Below, one piece after another: positions 9,507 to 18,214 of a stretch of DNA of 64,000 nucleotides. Origin of the DNA: an uncultured Nitrososphaerota archaeon. Its GTDB lineage: Archaea > Thermoproteota > Nitrososphaeria > Conexivisphaerales > DTJL01. A model generated the notes under the pieces. That model made no database searches and was not told the origin of the DNA. It was given only the letters and a program-made list of their open reading frames with translations. The stretch covers positions 1 to 64,000 of the forward strand of contig CAWJIE010000005.1 of NCBI GenBank assembly GCA_963842885.1, written 5' to 3'. Positions within the stretch are counted from its first letter, which is position 1; each line of letters begins with the position of its first letter. The translations under genes were made by a program, and so were the position numbers.

Positions 9507-10706
9507 ATGGTGCATAATCTCCACCCTGAAAGGAATCTGGCTCTGTCGGTGACCATCAGCGACTCCATCTACGACTACGACTACAGGCTGAGGAACGCCC
9601 TCTCCCTGCTGGGGCGCTCCTCCCTGTGCGACAGGGACAGGGAACTCGTCCTGTCCTTCGTGGACCTCCTCACGGCCCAGGGGGTGAGCAGGGGCCGTCT
9701 CGCCAAATACGTCTTCCACCTCAAGGTCGCAGGCGAGAGGCTGGCTCTCCCCTTCGAGGACGCAGGCAGGCGTGACATCGAGCGCCTGATGGCCTCTCTC
9801 CACAGGGACGGGTACGCCCCCAACACGGTCGCCGACTACTCCATGGTCATGAAGAGGTTCTACAAGTTCGTCAGGTGCGGCAACATCGACGTTGACACCC
9901 CCTATCCCACGGAGGTCAGGTGGCTCAGGAAGACCGTCAAGCCGAACGAAAGGAGGCAGCCCGACTTCTTCAGGACGGACGAAGTCAAGGCCATGATCGC
10001 CGCCTCCAGCAGGCTGAGGGACAGGGCCATGCTGGCGGTGGGTTTCGAAGCTGGCCTCAGGGCTGCCGAGCTGCTGGGCGTCGACGTCGGCGACCTCAGG
10101 TTCGACCAACTGGGCGCCAGGCTACGGGTCAGGGGCAAGACGGGGGAAAGAATGGTCAGGCTCATCGTCTCCTCTCCCGTGCTCGCCAGCTACTTCGACC
10201 TCCATCCCTTCAAGGATGACCCATCGGCCCCGCTGTGGCTGACCGTAAGCACAGGCCGCAGGAACACGAGGGTGTCTTGGCTCGCCTGGGACAGAATATT
10301 GAAAGAACTCGCGGAGAGGGCGGGGATCAAGAGGCGGGTCCATAATCACATGCTCAGGCACGGCTCAGCCACACACAACGCCAAGTACCTCACCGACGCC
10401 GAGCTGAGGTACTACTATGGATGGTCTGCGACATCGAAGATGCCGTCTTTGTACGTGCACCTGAGCGGGCAGGATCTGGATGGGAAGCTGGCAAGCCTCT
10501 ACGGGCTGGCGCCGCCCGATGGCTCGGAGCCCCAGTTCGTCCCCGTGGTCTGTCCGCGCTGCGCCGAAAGCAACACACCAGGGACCCGCTACTGCCACAG
10601 GTGTGGTTCCCCCATCGCCGACTCCGACGTCGCGAGGGCCCGCTGCGCGGCTTCGACTCCCGTCAAAAATGTCATCTTTACGCAAGGAGATATTCCGCCT
10701 GAATAA
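9507..10706 (+). CDS. Tyrosine recombinase/integrase with C-terminal double Zn ribbon (Int1)
   Basis: AGLRAAEL (R), RGKTG (K), HMLRH, GWS (W), LYVH (Y); CPRC...CHRCG. Confidence 0.93.
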   Translation: MVHNLHPERNLALSVTISDSIYDYDYRLRNALSLLGRSSLCDRDRELVLSFVDLLTAQGVSRGRLAKYVFHLKVAGERLALPFEDAGRRDIERLMASLHRDGYAPNTVADYSMVMKRFYKFVRCGNIDVDTPYPTEVRWLRKTVKPNERRQPDFFRTDEVKAMIAASSRLRDRAMLAVGFEAGLRAAELLGVDVGDLRFDQLGARLRVRGKTGERMVRLIVSSPVLASYFDLHPFKDDPSAPLWLTVSTGRRNTRVSWLAWDRILKELAERAGIKRRVHNHMLRHGSATHNAKYLTDAELRYYYGWSATSKMPSLYVHLSGQDLDGKLASLYGLAPPDGSEPQFVPVVCPRCAESNTPGTRYCHRCGSPIADSDVARARCAASTPVKNVIFTQGDIPPE

Positions 10707-10858
10707 TTCTGAATGATGCCTCGATAGAGGCACCCTTGGTATATATAGGGCTGAAAGCGGAACAAACGTCCCTTCTTTCGAACATGCCATCGTGAGGCTG
10801 GGAAGTCGGCGTCAGGCACTGACCCCTGCGGGGCCAAATCCTGATTATATCATGCGAT

Positions 10859-12109
10859 ATGGAAACAATACGAACCGCGACCGACCTGTACAACTTCGAA
10901 TACAGGATGCAGAACGCTACCGACCTCCTCGGAAGGGCCAACACGAGCGACGCCAACAAGAAGCTGATAGAGGGCTTCATCAGCCACCTCAAAGTTCAGG
11001 GAATGGGCTTGGCGAGGAGGGTGAAGTTCAAGCTCCACCTGAAGGTCATAGCCGAGACCTTCGGAAAGGACTTCGTTGACGGAAACAGAAAGGACGCCGA
11101 AAAGTTCGTAGGATGGCTGCGGGATAGCGGCTATGCCCCAAACACCTTCAAAGACTATGTGTCGGTTTACCGTCGCCTCTTCCGTTTCATCCGTTGCGGA
11201 GTCGATGACGAAGATACTCCGTACCCCGATGAAGTAAAATGGATGAAGAAGCTGCTGAAACCAAAGGCCATAGAGCACGAGGAGCTGAAATATCTCACAG
11301 GGGAAGAGGTCGAGACCATGATAGGGGCGGCCGACAACGACCTTGACAAGGCGATGCTGTCGGTAGGCTTTGAGGTGGGCCTCAGGGCTTCGGAGCTACT
11401 GCTGGCCAACGTCGGGGACATAGACATGGGCGGAGCCCGCCAGACCATCACCGTGCGGGGAAGGACTGGCGAGAGAACCATCAGGCTCATTTCATCCGTC
11501 GCCCACCTCTCCCGCTACCTAGAGACCCATCCGAAGATCGACGACCCCAGCTTCCCCCTCTGGTGCACCAAGTCCCCCAGCTGGAAGGACAGGAGGTTGG
11601 GATATGTCGCGTGGGAAAGAAGGATGAAGAAGCTAGTGAAGAAGGCTGGCATTGAGAAACCAGTCCATAACCACATGCTGAGGCACGGGTCGGCGACACG
11701 GTCCTCGATGTTCCTTCAACCTATGGAGATGTGTAAACTCTACGGATGGTCGCCCAACTCCAAGATGCCAGCCGTTTACGCGCACCTCTCTGGCATCGAC
11801 ATCGACGACAAGCTCGAGGTCATGAATGCGGGAAAGCCGTCAGCTCCGCCTCGGCGAGAGTTTGTAGCCTCCACCTGCCCCCGATGCGGTGAACTCAGCT
11901 CTCCAGGGCTTCGGTACTGTGGGAAGTGCGGGACTACATTAGTTCAGAAGGAACTCTTCAAGAGCATGGTAGAAATCGAGGAGACGAAGAGCGCCATACG
12001 CGCTTTCACAAGCATAATCGATGGCGCGCTGGCGGCTACTTCTCCAGCTCGACCTCAAGGCGCTCCAGCAGCTTGCGGAGGAGCAGGAGCTGCGACCTCT
12101 TCATCGTAA
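10859..12109 (+). CDS. Tyrosine recombinase/integrase with C-terminal double Zn ribbon (Int2), paralog of Int1
   Basis: VGLRASEL, RGRTG, HMLRH, GWS, VYAH; CPRC...CGKCG. Confidence 0.93.
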   Translation: METIRTATDLYNFEYRMQNATDLLGRANTSDANKKLIEGFISHLKVQGMGLARRVKFKLHLKVIAETFGKDFVDGNRKDAEKFVGWLRDSGYAPNTFKDYVSVYRRLFRFIRCGVDDEDTPYPDEVKWMKKLLKPKAIEHEELKYLTGEEVETMIGAADNDLDKAMLSVGFEVGLRASELLLANVGDIDMGGARQTITVRGRTGERTIRLISSVAHLSRYLETHPKIDDPSFPLWCTKSPSWKDRRLGYVAWERRMKKLVKKAGIEKPVHNHMLRHGSATRSSMFLQPMEMCKLYGWSPNSKMPAVYAHLSGIDIDDKLEVMNAGKPSAPPRREFVASTCPRCGELSSPGLRYCGKCGTTLVQKELFKSMVEIEETKSAIRAFTSIIDGALAATSPARPQGAPAACGGAGAATSSS

Positions 12110-12297
12110 TCGTGACATCGACGTCATCTTCGGGCTGACCTGTATGGTTTTGCTCTACCATATCTCATATAATGCACTTTGCCATCCTGTCAATCCCCCC
12201 GACTGAGACTCATCACGGGGTGCTCTCGGTGTCGTCCTAACATGGTGCGGGGGTAATTTTGGGGGTCAATTTACGAGAGAGTCTGGATTAGTCATCC

Positions 12298-12320
12298 TTG
12301 TTCCTCGTATTTAGGAACAA
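12298..12320. promoter_or_regulatory. Inverted repeat TTGTTCCT-N7-AGGAACAA upstream of the wHTH gene
   Basis: Perfect 8-bp arms; nearby GGGGGT(C)AATTT direct pair at 12249-12272. Confidence 0.4.
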
Positions 12321-12339
12321 CTCAAGATAATGGAAGAGG

Positions 12340-13443
12340 GTGCTCGTGGTCAACCGCAAGATGTCCGCGCGCTTTGCGACCGTCGCCCCATCGGGAAGCC
12401 ATCGGCAATCTGAGCGCCTGCCAGTGTCTGAGCTGGGTCAGCACGGATTGGCCGCCATTATGTTGATAGTGAGCCGACAGCAAAAACTTTCTAAGGCGTT
12501 TTTGACCCGTCTACAGGTGGTCCTGCCGCTTATTGAGGAAGGGCACTATCAACGGGAGATTGCGATCAGGACGGGGATGTCCCATCAACTCGTCTGCTAC
12601 TGGACGAAGCAATTCGAGCAGCATGAGCTGATTACGAGGATACCCGAACCGATGCCCGTCGGCTGGACCTTGCACAGGCACAAGAGCAACCCAGTGTTCT
12701 ACGAGCTGACCCAAAGCGGGAAAAGGGTCCTCGACACTATCGAGAAGGGTGGAAAGGCTGGGCGGGGCTTCAGGTTGGAGAACTTGAGGTTCAAGTATAC
12801 CGTGCTGAGCGGCCCCGAGAAGGAGATGCCGTCCTCGAAGGAAGTCCACATGAAGCACTGGAATCAGAGCATCGGGACGGAGCTGGGCTACACTTGGCGC
12901 CTCAACCAAGGGAAGGAGAAGTCGCTGGAGATACTCGTCGAGCCGCTCTGGGGGAGGGACCCGTTCGAGCTATACTTCTATGCGCGGTCCGACGCCGACG
13001 CCGTAGCCCTGTCTCTGGCAGAAAGGTTCGGGATGCAGCTTGGTCTGCCAGTCGAGAGTTCGAGGCCAGAGATCGCCATCGATGATCCCGTCTCAAAGGT
13101 CGTGACGGAGTTCATGAACGTAAAGTCGGAGGAACAGAAGTGGGACCGTAGCCCTGGGAAGGGAGAGGGTGGTGAAGCCGAGCTAATTACCATGGACGCC
13201 GTGAGTGAGTATATTCACATGCCAAGACACGTGAAAGAGAACACACAGGCGGTCAAAGGGCTAGCAGAGCAGGTGGCACAGATGGCAGAAGCCCTCAAGG
13301 GGATTGTGAGCGTATCACGCACCCAGAACGCCATTCTACCTGAGCTTGCCCGTACTATTGCTAAGCTGAGTGACGTCTTGGAAGGACAAGAAAGACGTCC
13401 GACTTCAGGTTCAGTGCGAGGAGTGAAGCCAGCTGGAGCTTAA
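12340..13443 (+). CDS. N-terminal winged-HTH protein with uncharacterised core and C-terminal coiled coil (start may be ATG 12460)
   Basis: YQREIAIRTGMSHQLVCYWTKQFEQHELI...YELTQSG is a MarR-like wHTH; 367-aa ORF. Confidence 0.75.
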   Translation: MLVVNRKMSARFATVAPSGSHRQSERLPVSELGQHGLAAIMLIVSRQQKLSKAFLTRLQVVLPLIEEGHYQREIAIRTGMSHQLVCYWTKQFEQHELITRIPEPMPVGWTLHRHKSNPVFYELTQSGKRVLDTIEKGGKAGRGFRLENLRFKYTVLSGPEKEMPSSKEVHMKHWNQSIGTELGYTWRLNQGKEKSLEILVEPLWGRDPFELYFYARSDADAVALSLAERFGMQLGLPVESSRPEIAIDDPVSKVVTEFMNVKSEEQKWDRSPGKGEGGEAELITMDAVSEYIHMPRHVKENTQAVKGLAEQVAQMAEALKGIVSVSRTQNAILPELARTIAKLSDVLEGQERRPTSGSVRGVKPAGA

Positions 13444-13464
13444 TGCAAAATGCATTTCTGTATT
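13442..13464. repeat. Palindrome copy 1 (AATGCAAA-ATGCAT-TTCTGTATT)
   Basis: Degenerate copy of 14214-14235 and 14888-14913; overlaps the stop codon of the upstream gene. Confidence 0.7.
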
Positions 13465-13559
13465 CAACATCAAGACCGTGTCCACTTCGCCTTATCGATG
13501 ATCAACGGCAGGTGCCTTTGGCCGAGGATGAGGGTGAAGGCGCCGCGAGGGCTCCATTT

Positions 13560-13710
13560 ATCACCGCTATTAGCGTTGATGGGCGGACTCGCCCCGACCA
13601 TCGATGTTATTAGCGGTGATATGGAACGTGGACTTAGTAGTAATTCCTTATTGGTACTATGATGGCCGATGGGCGGACTCGCCCCGACCATTGGCACTAT
13701 GATGACCGAT
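13560..13710. repeat. Paired 21-bp imperfect palindromic boxes plus 23-bp direct repeat
   Basis: ATCACCGCTA-T-TAGCGTTGAT (13560-13580), second box 13600-13620; GATGGGCGGACTCGCCCCGACCA at 13578-13600 and 13668-13690. Confidence 0.7.
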
Positions 13711-13821
13711 AAAGGGTGATGAGACGATATTATCGTTGGCATCGTTTCTAAGCGCGAGGTGATGGATAATCCCTAGGGCTTGAAGGTTCATCTGATGATT
13801 ATGTATGTCAAGGCATGACAT

Positions 13822-14136
13822 ATGCCATATAGCAATTGGAAGCATCCCCGTTGGAGACTGAAGGTTCCACCATCCATACTTGAGGAAGCCAAGCGTTACG
13901 AGCCCGCTGGTGAGGAGGATATGTGGCCGCCAGACGAGCTTCAATGGCTCTACATAATGCATTTGGGGAGTGTCCGTAGCCAGTGTCTTCGGCGTCTCCT
14001 CTTCTTGGATTACATCGTGATCCATCGACATTTGGACGTTGAAGAGATCGGGCCTACCGTCGTCATGGAGATACTAGGCGTGAATCAGAGGACCGCCATC
14101 GACTATCTGTATACGTTGAGGGAATTTCGCACCTAG
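13822..14136 (+). CDS. Small protein with C-terminal HTH
   Basis: PTVVMEILGVNQRTAIDYLYTL fits an HTH pattern. Confidence 0.6.
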   Translation: MPYSNWKHPRWRLKVPPSILEEAKRYEPAGEEDMWPPDELQWLYIMHLGSVRSQCLRRLLFLDYIVIHRHLDVEEIGPTVVMEILGVNQRTAIDYLYTLREFRT

Positions 14137-14213
14137 TACTCGGTGCGCCTCTACTTGTTCAGCCTCTCAAGCTCCTTCGGTTTGTGGACGGTCGTGTTGG
14201 TGTCCTTCTTCTA

Positions 14214-14235
14214 ATGCAAAAATGCATTTTTGCAT
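14214..14235. repeat. Palindrome copy 2, perfect 22 bp ATGCAAAAATGCATTTTTGCAT
   Basis: Self-complementary on direct reading. Confidence 0.85.
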
Positions 14236-14530
14236 GGTACAACAGCAAGACTGAGTGCCCTGTGTGTCCGTCCGAGAAGCAATTACGGCGGGTGCCTTAT
14301 TTTTGAACTATTTAAAGCGGGTGACTACTCATCCATGGCTGATGGTTTCCTTAGGTGACGAGGCGCACGGTACTGGAAGAACACCCAGAGAGCAGCTCTC
14401 CCCCTCTGCGGCGTCGAACGCTGGGCCGACTGGCACGACTGACGACGGAAGGCTTATCAACGCAAATAAGGGTGATGGTCGGGCTGCTACGACCATTAAC
14501 GCTAATAAGGGTGATGGAAAGCGTCGCCCA

Positions 14531-14885
14531 ATGCCGATGTCGTTCTTTGCGGCGGTGTTCACCCTAGCGCTCTTCTGCCCTAGGTTTCACCTACGACGAT
14601 ATCCGCGCGGCGTCGGGATACGTCTCGTCACTTACGAGCCAGAGGTACTACATGAAGAAGCTGGTCGAAGCCAAATATCTGACGACCAACAAGGCAAGGA
14701 GAGGTCGCCTGTGGTTCGGGACGTCTAATCTGAAAGCTATGGCCTTCAAGCGCATCGCGGACTCACCAGACGTCGTCTTGGGGATGCTAGAGTCGACGTT
14801 GAAGCTGTACCCGAATCTCTCCGACTACAAGAAGCCATTCATCGAGAAGATGGTCGCAGCAGGGCGTGACGCCGTCCAACACTAG
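14531..14885 (+). CDS. Winged-HTH protein paralog A, frameshifted
   Basis: MPMSFFAAVFTLALF.. joined to MKKLVEAKYLTTNKARRGR..LKLYPNLSDYKKP; aligns end to end with 15175-15585. An upstream ATG at 14342 is also possible. Confidence 0.7.
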
Positions 14886-14887
14886 CT

Positions 14888-14913
14888 GAATGCAGAAATG
14901 CATTTTTGCATTC
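14888..14913. repeat. Palindrome copy 3, GAATGCAGAA-ATGCAT-TTTTGCATTC
   Basis: 26 bp with one mismatched pair, starting 3 bp after the TAG of paralog A. Confidence 0.85.
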
Positions 14914-14985
14914 GACAAGGAGACCAAAGAGGCACCTGCCTTAATTTTTGAAGAATTGAAAGGAAGTTCCTGCTCGTCCTGACTG

Positions 14986-15585
14986 ATGGTCTCCCTGGGC
15001 GACAAGGCGCAAGAGACTGGAAGCACACCTGAAGGGCAACCCTTTCCTTCTAAGGCGTCGGAAGTCGAGCGAACTAGCAGGAGTGGCGATGAAAGCCGCA
15101 CCGCCTCTAATAGAGTTGGTGGGCGGGCTAATTCGACCACCGCCTCTAATAAGGTTGGTAAGAGTCGCCGACCGATGCCGATGTCGTTCTTTGCGGCGGT
15201 GTTCGTCCTAGCGATTTTCCGCCCAGAGGGCTTCACATACAGCGACATCCACGCTGCGTCAGGGTACACTCCATCATCTTCGAGCCAGAGGTACTACATG
15301 GAGAAACTGGTCGAAGATGGTTATCTGACGACCAACAATGCAACAAGAGGCAGACACTGGAACTCGACGCCTAAGCTGAGAGCTATGGCCTTCAAATATG
15401 TCGGAAGCTCGCCAGACGTCATCTTGGCGATACTGAAGTCCACGCTGAAGCTGTACCCGAATCTCTCCGACTACAAGAAGCCGCTCATCGAGAAGATGAT
15501 CGCGACAATCCAGCCGATGTTCGTCTCCGACAGAATGAGAATGGGCAACCCGACTTCACCATCTCCTCTCCAACCAACACACTGA
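14986..15585 (+). CDS. Winged-HTH protein paralog B (true start may be ATG 15175)
   Basis: FTYSDIHAASGY..SQRYYMEKLVEDGYL..wing; duplicated with paralog A at DNA level. Confidence 0.72.
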   Translation: MVSLGDKAQETGSTPEGQPFPSKASEVERTSRSGDESRTASNRVGGRANSTTASNKVGKSRRPMPMSFFAAVFVLAIFRPEGFTYSDIHAASGYTPSSSSQRYYMEKLVEDGYLTTNNATRGRHWNSTPKLRAMAFKYVGSSPDVILAILKSTLKLYPNLSDYKKPLIEKMIATIQPMFVSDRMRMGNPTSPSPLQPTH

Positions 15586-15753
15586 TGCAATGAGCGGCAA
15601 GAAGGTACAACTGGCGGCGCGGTCACCGACGTGACCATCTCGCATCGTGCCGTTGCCGCACACAACCAAGCATCATGGTTTCAGCTGTGATCGTGCCCAA
15701 CGTCTTCTACGTCGTCGCGGGCATTGTAGTCAACGCCCCTCGGCGTATGCAGG

Positions 15754-17157
15754 ATGAGCGGGCCGTCGATTTCTATTATATCAGACGCAATGGCAAATGT
15801 TCCTGCCGAAGATAACCGAGCCGCATCGGCCAGCGTCGCCGCTTTGGGTAACCATCTTCAGGAGATCCCCATTGGTGACATCAGGATCCTCTCGCACAGG
15901 CCGTTGCGCGACGTCTCAAGCCTGATCCAAAGCATACAGGAGGTTGGACTGCTCCACCCAATCATTGTGACCCGTGACAACGTCTTGGTGGCAGGGTATC
16001 ATCGAATTGAGGCGTGCAAAGCGCTCGGCCATCAAACGATTGCCTGCTTGGTCAGGGACTATGATGACCTGCGCCGCGAATACGCCTCCATATCGGAGAA
16101 CTTGTTCAGGAATGAGGGGACAGCACTCGAAAGAGACCTCTGGACGGCACGCCTCAAAGAACTTCACGTCTCGCTCTTCCCTGAGACGCTACCATCCAAT
16201 GGCAGGGAATTGGCCAATAGGAGATGGCATGCGAGCGACAAGATGTCGTTTGCTGGTCAGGCTGCCAGACAGACGAAGCAGAGTAGGCGCACCATCGAAA
16301 GGCAGGCTAGAATCGGCAACGCCCTGAAGGAAGCGGGGATCGATGACCAGCTACGGGGAACCAAGATTGAGAACAACCAGACTGAATTGACCCACCTCTC
16401 CAAGCTTCCGTTGGAGGAGAGAAAGCAGGTTGCCGAGAAGCTGCACAAGGGCGAGGCCGACAACGTCACCGATGCCAAGAAGCTAATCCACCAAGAGGAA
16501 TTGAAGGGCAAGGTTGAGGAACACGCGAAGGTGAAGGATGCATCCGTGTTCCATCTGGACTTCAGGACTGCTGGCGTCATCCCGCCCGATTCCATCCACC
16601 TTATCTGCACGGACCCACCATACCTGAAGGAGTACCTGCATTTGTGGCCAGCCCTCGCCGACTTCGCCAGCGTCGTCTTGAAGCCTGGCGGTTACCTGAT
16701 CTCATATGCTCCGCACGAGTATCTCCCTGAGGTCATAGCAGCCCTTTCGACCAAGCTTTCCTACTATTGGATCATCGCAGTCAAGCAGACTGGCGCGGAG
16801 CCGCGGATGCAGAAAAAGAGTGTTATGGTACAGTGGAAGCCAATGGTCATCTTCTACAAAGGAGAACGCCCGCTCGAACATGAGTGGTTTGGGGACATGC
16901 TGGTCGGAGAGATGGGGAACAAAGAGCTTCATGTCTGGGCGCAGGGCGAGTCGGAGGCTGCGTATGTCATCGAGAAGTTCACCCAGCCTGGTGACGTCGT
17001 TCTAGACCCTATGTGCGGAAGTGGGACTACCCTGCTTGCAGCGACGAATTTGGGACGCAGAGCGGTAGGCATAGACATCGATCCCGTAGCCTGCGACACG
17101 ACGAAGAAGGAGTTGGAGAAGCTCGGCTGGCGGACGTCGGACGTCCTCCGCCAGTAA
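15754..17157 (+). CDS. ParB/Srx N-terminal domain fused to an N6/N4 DNA methyltransferase
   Basis: SIQEVGLLHPIIV..AGYHRIEA..ISENLFR (ParB); TDPPY and VLDPMCGSGTT..GIDID (beta-class MTase order). Confidence 0.9.
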   Translation: MSGPSISIISDAMANVPAEDNRAASASVAALGNHLQEIPIGDIRILSHRPLRDVSSLIQSIQEVGLLHPIIVTRDNVLVAGYHRIEACKALGHQTIACLVRDYDDLRREYASISENLFRNEGTALERDLWTARLKELHVSLFPETLPSNGRELANRRWHASDKMSFAGQAARQTKQSRRTIERQARIGNALKEAGIDDQLRGTKIENNQTELTHLSKLPLEERKQVAEKLHKGEADNVTDAKKLIHQEELKGKVEEHAKVKDASVFHLDFRTAGVIPPDSIHLICTDPPYLKEYLHLWPALADFASVVLKPGGYLISYAPHEYLPEVIAALSTKLSYYWIIAVKQTGAEPRMQKKSVMVQWKPMVIFYKGERPLEHEWFGDMLVGEMGNKELHVWAQGESEAAYVIEKFTQPGDVVLDPMCGSGTTLLAATNLGRRAVGIDIDPVACDTTKKELEKLGWRTSDVLRQ

Positions 17158-17232
17158 AGGAGATATTCTATAACGGTTTCGGACAGAAAAATCCGACGGC
17201 CTAGCCGCTCAGTGTATTACGCTACCGCTACT

Positions 17233-17838
17233 CTAGGAGAAAGGCTTGACGTTCAAGCTGTTACCTATGGTCACCAATTCCCCCAAACAGAGGTCTCGGA
17301 AGCGAACAAGATATGTCCCGTAGTCTGCCGAAGAGTTGGCGGCGATCTGGTAGGTCACGAGCCCGTACGTGCTGTTGACGAGCACTGCGTCGTGAATCGA
17401 GACAGAAATACCCACCTCTTGAGAATTGATGGGTATCAGGTCGCTGACGCCTGTTCCGTTCACCTCTGAAACATAGGTCCAGTCCGCGACCGCGAGGTAG
17501 TCCTTGAAGCCCTGCGTGTCGTTCACTGGATACTGTATGTCGAAGTACACCATGGTAAGGTAGCCAGAGGAGCCTGGCTTCAGGACGTACTGGTTGAGTT
17601 CGGGGACGGTGTTCGGGGCTCCGCCAGGATAAGGCTGGCTGTAAGTGATGAAGCCGTCCGCGCTCCTTATCGAGACCCATGAGAATAGCGCAGGGCAACC
17701 GTTGTCGACTCCCCTCGGCAACTGGCCAGTCGAAACGCCAAGTGACTGCGGAACAAGATAGACGAACGAAGAGCCCGCCACTATCCCCAGCGTCAGGGCC
17801 AGAAGCACCGCGATGGCCGACCTCCTGCGAAGGCTCAA
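17233..17838 (-). CDS. Membrane-anchored exported protein
   Basis: N-terminal RRR plus hydrophobic helix, beta-rich body with NxT/S sequons. Confidence 0.65.
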   Translation of the reverse strand: MSLRRRSAIAVLLALTLGIVAGSSFVYLVPQSLGVSTGQLPRGVDNGCPALFSWVSIRSADGFITYSQPYPGGAPNTVPELNQYVLKPGSSGYLTMVYFDIQYPVNDTQGFKDYLAVADWTYVSEVNGTGVSDLIPINSQEVGISVSIHDAVLVNSTYGLVTYQIAANSSADYGTYLVRFRDLCLGELVTIGNSLNVKPFS

Positions 17839-18214
17839 GACGGATAGGGAGGGGCTCGGCTGGGTTATAATGCCAACATTGGTACAAGGATCAGGTAAGG
17901 GTGTTCAACATTTGGTACGGGAGTAATCACGGGATTCCCTTCCACATGACCCAAGACTCGTAAGCCAAGAAGCCGACGGTCAGCGCGGTGAGCCCTAGTA
18001 TGAAGGCCACCGCCCTGAAATCACTGGGAGGAGAAAGGAGGAGGCGGGGCATGGGCAATGTCGTTTCGCTGAAGTAGATGCTGTATGCCACCTATTCGTC
18101 GGCTATCGTCAGAATCCTGTAACTGGTCCACAATTGGAGACCACGGTGGCGGGGCGACATCAGGGCTGTCCACAAAGCAGGAACTAAATACGGCATGCTT
18201 CCAACACTGGATGG

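Noticed and set aside
3575-12320. 12-bp inverted match TTGTTCCTAAAT (3575) / ATTTAGGAACAA (12309) as invertible-segment ends
   Set aside because: 12-mers match frequently by chance in 64 kb and the flanks do not extend.
13442-14913. CRISPR array or classical integron attC sites
   Set aside because: Repeats are about 670-770 bp apart with genes between, no cas genes are present, there are no RYYYAAC/GTTRRRY boxes, and no IntI-specific insertion is evident in the integrases.
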